Shown piece by piece: positions 62,371 to 64,000 of a DNA stretch of 64,000 nt. Position 1 is the stretch's first letter, and every line of letters starts with the position of its first letter. Below the pieces are notes generated by a model. The model worked only from the letters and a program-made list of their open reading frames with translations. It ran no database searches and had not been told where the DNA came from. The translations under genes and the position numbers were made by a program. Source of the DNA: Laetmonice hystrix (Eukaryota); assembly GCA_965235115.1 (NCBI GenBank), contig OZ249436.1:18664001-18728000 (forward strand), written 5' to 3'.

Positions 62371-62573
62371 ATGTTGACATCATTCAAGCAAACCTCGAAA
62401 CTATTGTAAACGTCAAGAACGAGATAGTGAACCTCGTAAATGCCCTGAGGACCAAGTTGCAGGACCTGGGCAGTGCTGTCTCCACCACCCTGTCGGGCTG
62501 TACGAGTGCAGAGTGTGACCAAGTACGGAACAGGGTGGCAGCTCTCGACGCCAGCCTCGACTTCAGCCAATCA
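62371..62573 (+). CDS. PROM1: Prominin-like exon 6 (helical extracellular loop with Cys pair); gene continues beyond the window
   Basis: Acceptor ttgcttccag|, donor |gtgagt, phase 1 to 0; VDIIQANLETIVNVKNEIVNLVNALRTKLQDL...GCTSAECDQVR...LDFSQS fits the prominin loop-1 heptads, C-x4-C and D/NFSQ motif. Confidence 0.88.
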
Positions 62574-64000
62574 GTGAGTACTTTTTGTCTATGATTAACT
62601 ATGCCTTGCACGGTTTCCTTAGAAGCATCTCCAGGGAATTCAGTCATATTCTGTAAGTTCACGCGAGTCCAACTTGATTTCAACAGGGCGGAAAGCAGAC
62701 CATAATTTGTAAACTAGTGGCAAGGTGTTGCTGGGCGACACCCACCGGATCCCATTTCCCCATCTATATACTAATACCGTAACGGGGCTGCGTTGTCATC
62801 GCTCTACCGCTTTGCTCTTTCGAAGCATCAACGTGAAAGTACGCCAGGCATATCCACAGTATTCCCCTGTTTGTTTTGATGTGTATTCAAGTTTGTTTCC
62901 TTGGCGCTGTGAGGCATTTTTGGCACATGTTTCACTAGAACCGCCCGAACTGTCCGCCATTGTTGTTGTTGATCGGCTACGACAACTGACCTTGGCTGGA
63001 GACCCGCGCCCTTTGGTGGCAGTCTGGCCGCACCATCTCTGGTGCGGCGTAGAGGGCAGCAGCAGAGGGCAGGTCTCCAGCCAACAACTGACCTCGTTTA
63101 CGGTAATCGCGACAATCGAGCCACTTCTCAACATAATTCATGTCAAGCCTGTGCCACAGACTCGACCCCCGCACCCGGCCGCCCACTTGCTGAGCCTGTT
63201 GATCTGTGCTGTAGTCCGAGAGACTCTGACCCTCTCTGAGGGGAAACTTGTGTATCATTTCTCTCGAGATCCATTAAGATCGTACGGAAAGGACTGGGAC
63301 AGGGGGTCATTATGATTAAATTTTGCATTGTAAAGGAAATGAACTTTGATAGAATTTTTGATCGGGGGGGGGGGGGGCATTTCTGCACGTACCAGGGTGG
63401 TGCATGTTAACCACTACACTACAGTCCCTTCACTCCCTAAAACATGTCATCATTATTTTGAAGTGTTGAAAACTTCATAAATTTTTCAGTTAGGTTGCCT
63501 GATGTAATCCTTGACATAGCTTGTTAAACATGTCAATTAGGCGAATGTGTTCACTAAGTTTCTTTCAGATATTCTGAAAAATAACAAAGATGCATGTTAC
63601 CTGTAATGGGAAATGGCAGTTTCAACAACTTTGAGGTCACCTGACTGAAACGTTGGATCGCTTTAAAACTCCGTAACTTTATGAGGCCTTCTATAGAGAT
63701 TGCAAAATTTGGTGAGAATTCAAAAAAAAAATTTGGGGAGGAGTAGCGAAGTTCTCATTTTTTGACCTTTGGCAAAGGCCAAAGGGCAGAGATGAAATGA
63801 AGGGGGAAATTTAAAGACCTCTAAGGGCCAAGTAAGATGGAATGAATGATTTTTGTCTAACTTCTCCTGGTACTGTACTAAGTGGTACCAAACATGACAT
63901 AATGTCATAAAATGACGTCATAATGTATTATGACGTATGCGGTATTCCATTATATGTCGAGAACTTCATGCCATGATTTCTCTTCCGTCCAAGTTTCATT

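Noticed and set aside
62725..63315. 196-aa ORF and overlapping antisense ORFs after prominin exon 6
   Set aside because: No recognisable domain or splice phase linking it to prominin; possibly a decayed retroelement ORF1, but I cannot support a call.

Overview
Eukaryotic (metazoan, probably marine invertebrate; the species cannot be fixed from sequence alone) AT-rich, transposon-saturated DNA with two main components. (1) A large endonuclease-encoding Helitron (Helentron/Helitron2 type, about 5.3-19.15 kb, + strand). Its roughly 3,050-codon RepHel frame (6882-16065) carries, in order: minisatellite-built N-terminal repeats, an apparently active herpes-tegument-like (VTD/Peptidase C76) deubiquitinase, a second catalytically dead copy, 17-aa and 18-aa basic repeat arrays, a Cys4 zinc-finger region, HUH Rep, PIF1-type SF1B helicase and an APE-type endonuclease. 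The only visible lesion is a 7-bp insertion at 14355-14361. Two minisatellite arrays (27 bp and 24 bp) follow; the 24-bp unit resembles a degenerate coding repeat in the protein's own N-terminus. (2) The 5' part of a prominin/CD133-like gene (+ strand; six phase-consistent exons between 26829 and 62573, continuing past the window). The rest is a non-autonomous Helentron (HINE/DINE-like) family with ~145-bp repeats rich in CRE and E-box motifs and with embedded tRNA-like cassettes; nested Tc1/mariner-, hAT5-, Harbinger- and Sola-like MITEs; a V-SINE; a decayed Gypsy gag; and LINE remnants. No CRISPR array, rRNA or bona fide tRNA gene is supported.
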